From Nemertoderma westbladi (lineage: Eukaryota > Animalia > Xenacoelomorpha), in assembly GCA_032718475.1 (NCBI GenBank), contig JAUCBJ010005335.1, positions 1 through 64,000 on the forward strand: a stretch of DNA of 64,000 nt, written 5' to 3'. Position numbers and translations under genes: made by a program. Of this stretch, positions 38,831-50,499 are shown one piece after another (the first letter of the stretch is position 1; every line of letters starts with the position of its first letter). The notes beneath the pieces were generated by a model. That model did not search any database and was not told the DNA's origin. It was given only the letters and a program-made list of their open reading frames with translations.

Positions 38831-38959
38831 TATTGCAAACGTACTGCAGTACTGCAATGCAAAATATCACTATGCTATTCGCTTCCGACTGACTGTAATG
38901 TAATATATATATAATAATATAACAATTCAAATTTCCCGCTTATAGTAATATTTCCAACA
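38831..38959 (-). repeat. 5' LTR of satellite-embedded gypsy element
   Basis: TGTTGGAAA...TTTGCAATA; copy of 34250-34378. Confidence 0.93.
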
Positions 38960-39400
38960 GCATACACTATGCCTCACTGAGGCACAGACTATGCCTCACT
39001 GAGGCACAGACTATGCCTCACTGAGGCACTGAGGCATAGACTATGCCTCACTGAGGCACTGATGCACAGACTATACCTCACTGAGGCTCAGACTATGCCT
39101 CACTTAGGCATTGAGGCACAGACTATGCCTCACTGAGGCACAGACTATGGCTCACTGAGGCACTGAGGCGCTGTCTATGCCTCACTGAGTCACTGAGGCA
39201 TAGACTATGCCTCACTGAGGCACTGAGGCACAGACGACTATGCCTCACTGAGACACATACTACGCCTCACTGAGGCACTGAGGCACAGACTATGCCTCAC
39301 TGAGGCACTGAGGCATACACTATGCCTCACTGAGGCATTGAGGCACAGAATATGCCTCACTGAGGCATAGACAATGCCTCAGTAAGGCACTGAGGCTCAG
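38960..39400. repeat. 22/30-bp satellite, right arm
   Basis: Same units as 33593-34249. Confidence 0.95.
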
Positions 39401-40663
39401 ATTAAGGGTCTAAGGCATTCAAGCGGATCATTTGCTTAGTTTTCTAATTAGAAGGTCGTGAGTTCGAACCCTAGAAGAGCATTATTATTTTTTCCTAGCT
39501 CCTGGCTGACTCTAGTGTAAACTAGCTTTGACTCTCACAGCTATAGTGATAGTATGCAACCTTGGGAGTTAATGCACTGTCTTATGAGTAAATGCCAAGA
39601 GATTAGATTTCAGGTTGCCTCCGTTGGTTCACTCTTCTTAACTTTACAAAATAACTCAACCTTTATTTAAAGTTTTAAAAATTATGTCTTAGTTGACTAA
39701 TTTTCCAAAGTATTTTATAAAAAACATATAATTTCTTGAATAAATAGACCTAATAGTAATAAATATTGTGGGTAAATACTTTTATAATACTAATATAATT
39801 GTTATGGATAAATAGTTCTAATACTAATATAATTATTATGGATAAATAGCCCTAATACTATTATGAAAGGATCTCAAACAAACAAATGTCAATAGCGTCA
39901 TCCTGAGTGGGCAGTGAGTGTTAGCGATTTTAGTAAATTATGTTCTTTCACTCTCTATTTTTATATATTTTGACTCTTTTCTGTTACTTAATAAACCATG
40001 CAAAAATGAAGGCAAGATGTCCGGTCTGATACAATAAGCGGGATTGCGCTAGTGTACCTGTCAACAAGGGCCGCTCACTGTATCTGTTTATTTACCCTTT
40101 TTCCCTTCGATGCATTGATTTGCTCTATATTTCACTTAGTTCAATACGGTATTTGATTATCTATTGTATTTAACTGAGATACGATACCGGGAGGGTGTGA
40201 CAACAAAGTATAACAAGTAAATGACTGACTAATTAATTCTGTAAGGACTCAAGTCTGGTGATTGTGTTTCCCTTTAGAGGAAACGTATTGTGACAAGTCT
40301 TTGGGTCTAATTATATTGATATCACTACAGTATTCAATTTGTGACAACTCTCAATCGTGATGTAATTAATAATGAGAGCTTTGCTTATATTAATGGTTTG
40401 TAATATCGCCATATATTAATTATTTAGTAAGTCAGAGATATGACAATACACAAATCTGATACAATTGTCCAGATTATCACTGATACTTAGTTACAGCAAC
40501 CCACCTGTTGTGGCGCGTGTAAAACCTCCTTGATTACGTAATATCAGCGATGTATTAAGCAAATAATAAAAATAAATTGAATAAACCAGTAGAATATACA
40601 ATGTAGCGATGAATAATTATAATTCAATTATTAACTCTTTAATTAAAAATAATTATAAACTCT

Positions 40664-40895
40664 TCATTTGGTGCGAGACGATCTGAAGCAGGCGCACGTA
40701 GCCCTTAGGACGCCAAATGACAGACGTGCCCTCACCCAACCCATGACACAGCTGTAGGGCTTCATCCATTTCGTTGACAGCCTGTCAGCCAGTCTCTTCA
40801 GTGTCATGGAGTACTCTGGGCCGAGAACACCATCCACCGACACCACGAGCGGGGTAAAATCTGCTTGGCGAAGGGTGCAGGCGTCATGATATTTT
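40664..40895 (-). mobile_element. CRE-like non-LTR 3' fragment (RLE domain end)
   Basis: DFTPLVVSVDG..LKRLADRLSTKW.KPYS.VMGWVRARLSF. Confidence 0.75.
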
Positions 40896-41493
40896 GATCT
40901 TATTATATGATATTTCGATATTTTGATGCGGTGGAGAAACGAAAATTAACTGGAAAAAAAAACACTACGTTTTTACTTACATGTAGTGCGGAAATTTTAA
41001 TTTAGTACGCAATATGACGTATGTAACAAAGGAAAAACAAAATGTAAAGACAAAATGTCAATACAGTAGTAAAAGTTGTTACTGTATGTAACAACACCGT
41101 AATGTTAAACCTGTCCGAACCATTGTTTAGAGGGTCGGGTGATAAACGTTAAGCGGGGGGGTTATGTTTGTGGATTAGTAATGCTTCCGCAGCTAAAAGT
41201 TGTATGGTTTTATTAAACTGGCGGTAAACGCAGACACGGAAATTGGATATTCCACAGCAGTATCAATGTTTGGCGAATAGGATATCCTCCTGGATCATGA
41301 TGGATATTTCCTAATGGTGGCGCGGTGCCCGTTAACTCGTTCATGTAATCGCTGGACAGTTTTTCCGATATAGTAGCTTTTCTTGTGTAGGTAGCACCAG
41401 GCTATATAGATTACGTTATAATCTATTTTCAGCCAGTCAGACCCCATACTGCCTGATTGTCACTGACAACTTGCATATACAGTATACATCTAC

Positions 41494-42191
41494 CAGACTA
41501 TAGAACTGCAGACGGCTGGATATAGGTAAGAGTAATTAGTAATCAGAGGTGTCACGAGAGGGGGCGGGGCGCTTGGATACAACTATTATTAAAAACCTGT
41601 TGCTTGGTTAAATCTAATTGGGGGTCAAAGGTCAATGATAAAGCTGTCTGGATATAGATAAGAGTAATTAGTTACCAGTAAGGGAGCTATACCCTAGGGC
41701 TAAGTATAGTAAGCTGAAAGTCTATGACGTCATTTGGTAAGTAATTTATAAAACTATTTATTGGTAATTCTAAAAATATAATTCAATTAAATAAAGTAAA
41801 AGTAATACAATTAAATAAATTAAAACTAAATACAAATAAATAAGTATCAACAAATAAAAGAGCAGAGGTGTCACTTATGACACCCGTTTGGCCCTCTAGG
41901 TGATAATTAGACAACACTGATGACCCATTGTGTGTCAGGGCGCTAATCGGTCTGATTAATTAGAATAATAAATTAAACCCTAATTAGGAGTCATAAGACA
42001 ACTATTAGGGAATTAAATGTACTAATTAATTGATGACACATATCAATTAGTGTTTAATTAGCCTAATTAGGAGGTGTCACCCAGACAGTCTGGCACCAAT
42101 GACACCCAATGACACCCTAGGTGTCACATTCCTAAGCGATGAGTCATGAGTTGGGTCTAAGTGTCACCGAGCCTGCCAAACTCCTACTACT
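41494..42191 (-). repeat. Unclassified interspersed repeat, copy B (carries the empty CRE site)
   Basis: Reverse complement of 27910-28290 joined to 32651-32948, with a single copy of the 15-mer at 41792-41806. Confidence 0.8.
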
Positions 42192-42289
42192 GGTGATCCA
42201 CTGCAATTACGTGTTCGTAATGACATCCCCCAGTAAAAGTATATACCCCACAATAAATACCCTTACTGTTACGAGATATTTTAAAATCT

Positions 42290-42470
42290 GACTTAGTAAA
42301 GATGGTGTTATCGAACCCATAATTGACATCCCTGAGTGGATATCTCACATGGTTGTGGTCCCCATAAATTAACAGCCACAAGAGAAAACTAAAATCTGGT
42401 TAACTGTTGACTTTCGAACTCTCGTTAGAGCTATAGTTAGACCCATATTTTAAGTTCACCCACCAGACAT
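42290..42470 (+). mobile_element. Degenerate gypsy RT fragment
   Basis: VKDGVIEP..EWISHMVVVP..IWLTVDFRTL. Confidence 0.55.
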
Positions 42471-42479
42471 CGTGAGGTC

Positions 42480-45240
42480 ACACGACTACCAGATCCACTA
42501 CCAGACTGACCCATTCATGGTATTTCTCAGTCATTTTGCTGGTTTTAGTTGGTATACACAGTCGTTGGTCTATGGTGTTTTCAGTTAACATAAAGGATGC
42601 TCTGTTATTTATTAGCATCAATGTTGTGAGTGATTTTCCACTGTATTGCAGATCCTCACTGGCACAACTCCTAATAGTACGGTTTGGTGTTTGTTACCCG
42701 CATCTGTGACTGTTCTATGTGTTTCTGGGTTATGTTTCTGATGTTCTACTTCTAGACATATATTGCGTATGTGTCCATGTTTCCCGTAACGGTGACAAAG
42801 TTGGTGTGATATGGTGTAGTCTCTTTTGTCCGAAGGTGGCAGTTCTTGCCAGTCTTGGCAATTAAGCGTGTCGTGTCGTGTGTTGACACTGTTGTCTTGG
42901 ACTGTAAGGTTTAGAGTATAAAAAATCTAAAGTTATTTGTATTTTTTGCAATGCTGCATTGTTGTCAGTATTGTTTGTTCGCCATGGTCGTGGTGGTGAA
43001 GTTTGGTATGTTTGTTTTTTGTGTCCGATTGTTTGACTCCCTGAATGAGATTCTTTTTGGAATGGTAGTCCCCTGCTCATTAACATACGGGCATCCCTGT
43101 GTACTTGTACTCGTAATCCCCTCCTCGTCGCATGCTGCATATGCTGATGCTGCAAATGACTGTGTTCTTCTTGGCATTGGATCTGCTGGGTTGTGAGGTG
43201 GTTTTGGTTTATATTCAGTCTTGGTTTACTTCAGTCTCCTCCATACATGGGATCTGTAAGGATTTCCGATTGGAATGTTAGGAATTTTGAAAGTTCATGC
43301 ATCCCTGGTTCGTTGTTTTTATTTTCCCTTGTTTTAAACATGTTTGCTCACCATTTATTGCGTAGCCATTTTGGTAAAAGCTCCACTCTAGTAGTCATGT
43401 TTGATGAGGAGTTTAGTTCCTGTGTTTGTAAGATGATGAGGGCTTTTATTACTTTATTAGCATATTTCTTTATGCTTGTTGGTGTATCTGAGATTGTTGT
43501 TACTGTTAGATTTTTAAGTGTAAGCTTGATGATTTTGGCTTGGTGTTCGTATTCTCGATCGAGAGCTTCACAAGCAATTTCGAATCCGTTGCTCATCCCC
43601 AAATGTTCGCTCCCAATGTCGTTTGTTTCTCCTGATGTGAAACACTGTAGATATTTTAAGCAGTTCGGTGCTGCATCTCTTTGCTGGTACATATTTCGGA
43701 ATTGGATGTATTCTTGCAGTTTTGTTCCATTGAATTTAAATGGCTCGACGGCAGGCGGTTCAAGTTTAATCTTTAGGGTGTCAACTAATGTGTGCATCGA
43801 GTTTGCTTGATTCTGTATATGTTGATGTTTTGTTCCTTTGTGGTGTTGTTTGAACTTCTGTCCTTGTTTGTTGTTCTGGTATCTACCCGGATACGATATG
43901 AATGATAATTCTTGTTAATAGCTGTTGCTATGCAACTGGTTTGGTACTGCATTTGTTACCGGTATGGTTCCTCCACAGTCTGTATGTGCATGTTGTCCAT
44001 CACGTAGGCCGTTGACATTCTTCGGTTTATCCACTCGCTGTGACAGTCCTACATGTGTGGCTCTCTCCCGACCCTGTACCTGATGATTATATATATAATG
44101 GTCACGCTGTTGTTGTTGTACACCCATTGTTATACAGTATGTGGGTGGGGGGGGGGGGGGGGGGGGGGGGGAGTATTTTGACTATGTGTGTGTAACATAG
44201 TCCCTGTATTATTATATTCGTAGGAATAATTGGATTTTCTTCTTAATGTTGCAAATTATTATATTATTATCCTACCATCCGGTTGTTATGTTGCTTTGCA
44301 TAGGCTCCAGTTGGGGGTTAGGCCTATCTGTGTAATAAGTTCTATCTAAATAAATTGGCCTAACCTCATTATCGGCAGCATATTGCTGTGGATCCGGTAA
44401 GTCTAGAAGATGGTTGCCTAGCTACAGGCTGTATATTACTGTCATAGGCAGTACTGTGGTACTGTTGCCAAGAAGATGGTTGCCTAGCTACCGGCCTATA
44501 TGGGTTTTCATCAGGGTTCAATGGTTTAGATTGTGTTTGTCTATGTTCTACATCATCCTTATTATTTTCAAAACGCACATTGTCTTATGTGCGATTTTCT
44601 ACTGTATTATGGCCCTGTGAGCCTCTTTCTGCTACAGTATCGGGGTTTTCGAAAATTTCTGCCATCCTTCCATCACAGCACGCCTTCCATCGTATGGCCC
44701 TCCTGGTTTCTATCGGTGCCTAGGGCAAAATACCAGTGCTCTGTTTTCCCGACGTTCTCTGGAGAATCCTGGTTGGTTTCTCTGTGGCCCTGTAATGTTT
44801 TACTGACATTCTGCTTACCTCCAGGTGCCGTTTTATTAGGTTTATTATTTTTCTTTGTTGTACTAGATTTGTTATTAATTGAATTACGTTCTCTATACAG
44901 TACCAATCATTTTTCCATTGTTCTGTCGTATTTATTTTTGCGTTTAAATTAATTGTTATGCCAGGTTCTCCTTTACTCGAGGTTTCACGTCCGCTAGTTA
45001 CTATCAAGTTCACCCGACTTGGTGACACGCTGATACTACATGGGTTTATAACATACTCTTGTTCTGTTTGGGTATTTTTTAATGCTTTTAACCTTTCATG
45101 ACGTTATCTACTTTTTTTACCCTCATGGCTTCTCCATTGCTCTCTCTCTCTCAACTCTTGCTCTAATTCTTTCTGGTTTCTTTCCCGCTCTCACTCTACT
45201 TCTCTCTGCTCTCACTCTGTTTCTATCCGCTCCTCAACCT
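42480..45240 (-). mobile_element. Old BEL/Pao gag relic
   Basis: PFKFNG..EYIQF..KYLQCFTSGE..LDREY (43348-43797) and degenerate knuckle LCHRYGKHGHIRNIC (~42780-42860); boundaries approximate. Confidence 0.5.
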
Positions 45241-45613
45241 CATACCGAACCATTTTAATTATCCATTCCCCGGATACATATCGTCGGCAATTCGACAAAA
45301 CCCCCTAAGTCGATTTTTGTAGTTTTGAGAAAAACGAAAAAAAAACTGCATATTTTAAGAAATCTTGAGTAATGCGATCCAATTTTTGACTAAATATTTA
45401 TAGCGTATAATTAGTTTGGGCACATATTTTTAGAAGTAGATCACATTTTAGACCATTTAATTTGATATCTGTTGTTTTGCCAGATTGTGATACAAAATAG
45501 TTAGGTTAGAACATACAATTAAGGGGGGTTATCTTTAGCATGTGGGGTTTTATCAGATACAGCCTGGCCCATTAAATGACTTATTAGTGGGTCTAAGGGT
45601 CCAATAAAGCAAA

Positions 45614-46131
45614 GCTTTTATATTAGAAACACTGTAATATAACAATTATTTTTATAATTACTACTTCTACTATCAGCATGCTGCATTGCAACTGCATTAT
45701 CATGTACTACATATATATTAATAATGCTGTGCCGGCTTGTAAACAAAATTGCGCTGTCACATCTCCCTAACACCCATGACATTTGCTAGATCATCCGCAT
45801 CTTCAAGGCCAGTGTTTAGATACGCCTCTAAGAGGCGTCCCAAGAAAGGCATGAGTTGTCCACCATGTTTATTTATTCGCCAAAGCACAATATTATGCAC
45901 TGGCTGGTACTCACGGCGAAACCATCGTCCTGCAAAGCGGAGGCGGTTCAGGTCAAGTGTCAAGCTAAGGAAGACTAATGGATGTTTCCTCCAATGTTGT
46001 ATAGAGTCTGATTGGAGATGTGTTCATTATACTTGACACAATGAACGCGGCACATTATTCTTTTGAAAGTGCCATCAAGAGATTTGGAATCCTCTGCAGT
46101 TAGAAGCCAGCACAGACTCCCATATACGAGT
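45614..46131 (+). repeat. 518-bp direct duplication flanking E2, left copy (contains RTE 3' end)
   Basis: Matches 62025-62542; two substitutions seen by eye. Confidence 0.92.
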
Positions 46132-47351
46132 TGTACGTTTGAAGTGCCTTTTGAAGACCTTTAGCAGTTTAACCTGCCAAAATTTATATGTCTTTTGGTT
46201 TATAAATAGACTTTAGAAGTTGACAAATATTTAATACCAATAAACACAACATTAGCAGAAGCCAGCCTAGTGCGCGTCCATTCACCCGCTGGATATACCC
46301 GGGAGACTGGATTCTGAGGGCTTAGATTATTATTGCAGTGTAAGCTTACTGTATTATTCGATTGATCGTTAATAAATAATTTCTGACTAATATTATTCAC
46401 TTTCGGGAAATATTAACAGTTCCTTTAGGACGTGGCGCTCTATCTAGGTAAACAGAGATATGACTTATACTAATCACAATGGCAAGTCGGTAAGGCTTAT
46501 GATTCACGTATGAGGCGCATTCTTTAGGAAATGCTTAGTTATCAATCACAATCAGGCACACTACCGGTAACACACAATACTGCTCACTAATTTGCCGACC
46601 GTCAATGAATTTTGTTATATATAAAGAGAACAGCAACGGACTCATGTAGTGCTTATCAAATAGCATTAAATTCACTACAAACCACAACAATATAAGTCGC
46701 AATCGCTATATATAACCCGTCTCTCTAACCTGTAGTGTATCAAGAAAATTGGAAAATTTGGGTTCTTTATAAATGTTCTCCAAATAATAATATTCAACCA
46801 AAACACAACAGTAAATAGCATTAAGACGGTAGGTTAAGATGGTAACACTGTTTGACTGGACCGATAACAGTTATACGCTTTATAATCTTAAGCCTACTAA
46901 TGTTTCTTCTAAAGTCTGAAACGAATTGACTCTAGAGCCGGTGTTCCTGGCCTAGATAGAAGGAACACAACAGTATCACCAAAACAGTAAGACTGAACAC
47001 TCCTAGTATGATCGGCCGAATATCTCCACATCGACAGAAAAAATCGCTCTGATTGGCTTAAGCTAAACAAAGAACCATGCGTCCAATGGCTGTTTCCATG
47101 CCAGCAACCAGCTGCTAGATGTCGTAATCTGAATCATCAAGGCCAAGCCGTGTAAAGGTATTTGGTGCATTGCGGGTTTTTTGCCTTACCATGTCCGCCA
47201 AAACACGTATATAGAAGAATGACTTTTATGTCCGTTAAAACACCTACAACGGTACCTTGCGGGCGAGGGGAATATATATACAGTTAGAGAGCCTTTTAGG
47301 CCTTTTATTGCGAGGCAAAAGGGCCAGTTATATCCCACAGAAGCTTTTACA
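46132..47351 (-). repeat. 3' LTR of E2 (1220 bp)
   Basis: Copy of 60792-62024 with two indel scars and about four substitutions. Confidence 0.93.
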
Positions 47352-47429
47352 CCGCTCCCAGAAAATGGGATTTGAGTCTATAAAATATACAAAATCACAG
47401 TTTCTAATATACGTAAATACTCTAAACAG

Positions 47430-48872
47430 TTAGTCTTTCTTGCGCGGACGGCGTTTATGCAGTTTTTTAAAGCTAGCCAGAGTCCTTTTCTCTTTGGGGC
47501 GAGCCACTTTACAAGGAGGGCTATAACTCCTGGGTGAAGGGTGCAATATGATTGCATCAGAGGGTGTAGGATTATGGTCGGTGTATCCGCCAGTCGAAGT
47601 ACCGGGTTGATTGACGTCAGGGGAGAGGGGTCTAACGGCTTTGAGAGCTCGTTTCAAGACAGCCGCTCTTACGGGTCCTTTACGAGTGGTCTGAACAAGG
47701 GCCGTGGGTGGACCATAGGCAGTTAGAAACCTCCGGGGTTTAATGGTTCTTTCCAACTCGCGTTCGCGGGCTCGGTATTCGTAAGGCCGTCGATATACTT
47801 CCTGTAACTCGGGGTGTGAGTTAACAAACAAGTCTCCATAGTCCGGATCCTGACGGATATAATTGATTAAGTTATAGGAATGAAGGTCGCTAGGATTAAC
47901 ACTCCTGAGAAATTTGCGTACGAATTTGGTTGAAATACATTCTCCGACGCGCTTCAGTAGCTCGTAACTCGATATGCGTGATTTCTGTTCGACCGAAGCG
48001 AAGAGATAAGGATGGAACGCATAAACTCCTTCGTAAGCGCGTCCGGGATAATAGCGATGGCGCGAATCACAATGCAAATCGGCGTTCGCTTCCCAAGCTC
48101 TGATGTAACCTAGTGTGATCATTTCATCTACGCTTTCCAAATCGTGATTAAAAGGGCAATCGAAACTGGCATGTCCCTTTAGTTGACAATGGTGACATTG
48201 AGTCATAAATTGAGGGCAAACCGCAAAAATGTGCAAGTTATTGAGTCTGCAATACGCACAATAAATTTCCATCACCGGTTGTTCGTGGAAATAGGAACAG
48301 CGGACGTTTGTGTCCATGGGCGTAACATGGTCTCTCGATGCGCATAACCGACAACGTTGCCGAGAAACATAGTTGGCATGGCGATAATTGTACGCAGTGA
48401 GACACTGTGGACCTTGATACCATTCTAGGATGTAATCGTTGTCGCTGTTCCGGGCGCGATAGGCTGAATCTCCTCAGATTCTAGGCATATTGGTTCGTCT
48501 TCCCAGTCTGTTACGAATAGAATTTTCGTGATCTATTCTCGGTTTATCGTTACGACTCCGCTGGGTATGATATTTAAATAGAACCATTTCCCTTTCGGTG
48601 TCTACATCGTCCGTATCATGTAAATCGATAGGATGGCCGGTAGTTAGGAAGTCCATATACGTACTATTACGATGCGTATAGCGAGCGGTGAATTTTCGAT
48701 AGTCCAATTCACGCATAAGTTGCTCTTGGGACATCGGCGGTTCGATATAACGACCATCGTCCTCCGTAATGGTTGGATCGGTTTCACCGCGTATCAAGCT
48801 ATCCACAAATGCTTGTAAAGGTAGAGTATATCGCTCCCTGATACCAAGATCATCTTCTATCAACTCCGTCAT
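47430..48872 (-). pseudogene. Accessory ORF of E2 with ~2.8-kb internal deletion
   Basis: 48474-48872 matches the E1 N-terminus and 47430-48317 the E1 C-terminus; junction near 48503. Confidence 0.85.
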
Positions 48873-50499
48873 ATCTGCTATCTGAGTTTGTTAATATCGA
48901 AATGAGTTTATGTTTAGGCGAGCGGACGTCGCTGCCTACCTCTCTTTGCCCCCGGACAGTGGGATTCTCAGCGCCGATGTACCGTCGTCGCGGTGTTTTA
49001 CGCCAACATGTAGCAACAGCACGACAACGATAACCGGCACAAGTCACTCCACTGTCCGTCCCAAAGGCTTGAATCCACTTTAGGTTCTTTCTATAGGAGA
49101 GTTGGGCTACTTTCACAATTGCGACTAGCTACTGTAAACATACTTTAGCAGTAACATTCACCTATAAACGCACAAATTCCACACAACTGTCACCAATTGT
49201 ACACATACAGGCCATTTGTCCGTTAGTCAGTGCCTTCCAGAATGTCACGTTATTACTGTGTATCTTTGGATACTAACAGTGTGCTATGTATTCTCTATGC
49301 TATGCAATGGGACAAGCTTTCTATTGTTCTTTTAACTTGCTTCTAATTCTAGCGTGGGTGTTGCTATGGTGACATTATGGAATGCTAGCGGTAGAATTAG
49401 GGTAATTCTCATGCATACAGATCTGGGATGCTATTTAATAATAATTCTTTAATTGTCAATATCCTCTCTATGCATGATTTTATTAATTTTATCGGCTATT
49501 GACTATATGTTGGAGATTCTCGCGCTCTAATACACTCAATAGGATGAATCTCCGCTCCCATGATCTATTAATTAATGGAATTTTGGGAATGTTATAAATT
49601 GCACAAAATGACAATTTATGAAATTCATTTAAAATATGAATTTAAATCTATTCCTGTGAATTTTATTATTTGATGTTAAAATTGACACAATTTTTATTCC
49701 AGAGCAGGTCTGGGGACATAGGATCCTTAATTCTATGAAATTGTCTTTTAAGATTATCGGTAAGTGCTGCGATATCTTAATTGACTAGAAATTTTAAAGG
49801 ATCTGAATTTTACAGATTTTAACAAATATTAAATTAATATTTAAGATAGGCACCGATTTATTCCAGAACTTGTCTGGGGACGTTAACCACTGATTCTAGA
49901 ATTTGTCTTTCAAGTATATCGGTGGGTGCCGCGATATCTTAATCGACTAGAATTACAGATGGTCAAAGGTTTAACAGATTTATTTGCGTTTTACGCTACT
50001 GTTAGAGGGACATCACGCTACTATATGTATTATTTAATATAAGGTAGAAGAGCAATATCGCACGAAGCAATGTCAGTGTGAAGAGGCAAGTCGTTTCCAA
50101 GGTCTACCCAGAGCTTGGTTTAGCTGAGACACGAGGATCTGAACTTTGCATTCCTAATACTCTGCCTACCAATAATACTTGAATATAGTAGTGGCTTTAT
50201 TGTACTTTAAGAAGTACGGGCATTTCATCTTACTGTAGTCACGTATTTATACTATGATACGGACAGTAAGGAAAGAGAAAAAATTATTTCTCGCCGTCGC
50301 ACTAAATATATATTATAAGTAATTACGTACGTAATAAACACTAATATATTGCACTAATCTACTAAATAATCACTAAAATAACATTCTACTAAATAAAATT
50401 GAATAAAAAACGATTATAATAAAGTACATAATAAAGTTCGCATATAAAAATATAATAAAATAGATAAAACAATGTAGTCATACACCCACTCCAGACGTA

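Larger units (their letters stand above)
34250..38959 (-). mobile_element. Ty3/gypsy LTR retrotransposon (4710 bp) inserted in the satellite
   Basis: 129-bp LTRs identical by eye, TSD GCATA (34245-34249, 38960-38964), tRNA-Ser PBS, PPT AAGTGGTGGAGGGA (34379-34392), gag-pol. Confidence 0.95.

Noticed and set aside
33593-39400. Palindromic short repeats resembling a CRISPR array
   Set aside because: No unique spacers or cas genes; eukaryotic satellite.
39440-39480. tRNA gene (GGTCGTGAGTTCGAACCC, B-box-like)
   Set aside because: No convincing 5' half or cloverleaf; at most a tRNA/SINE remnant.
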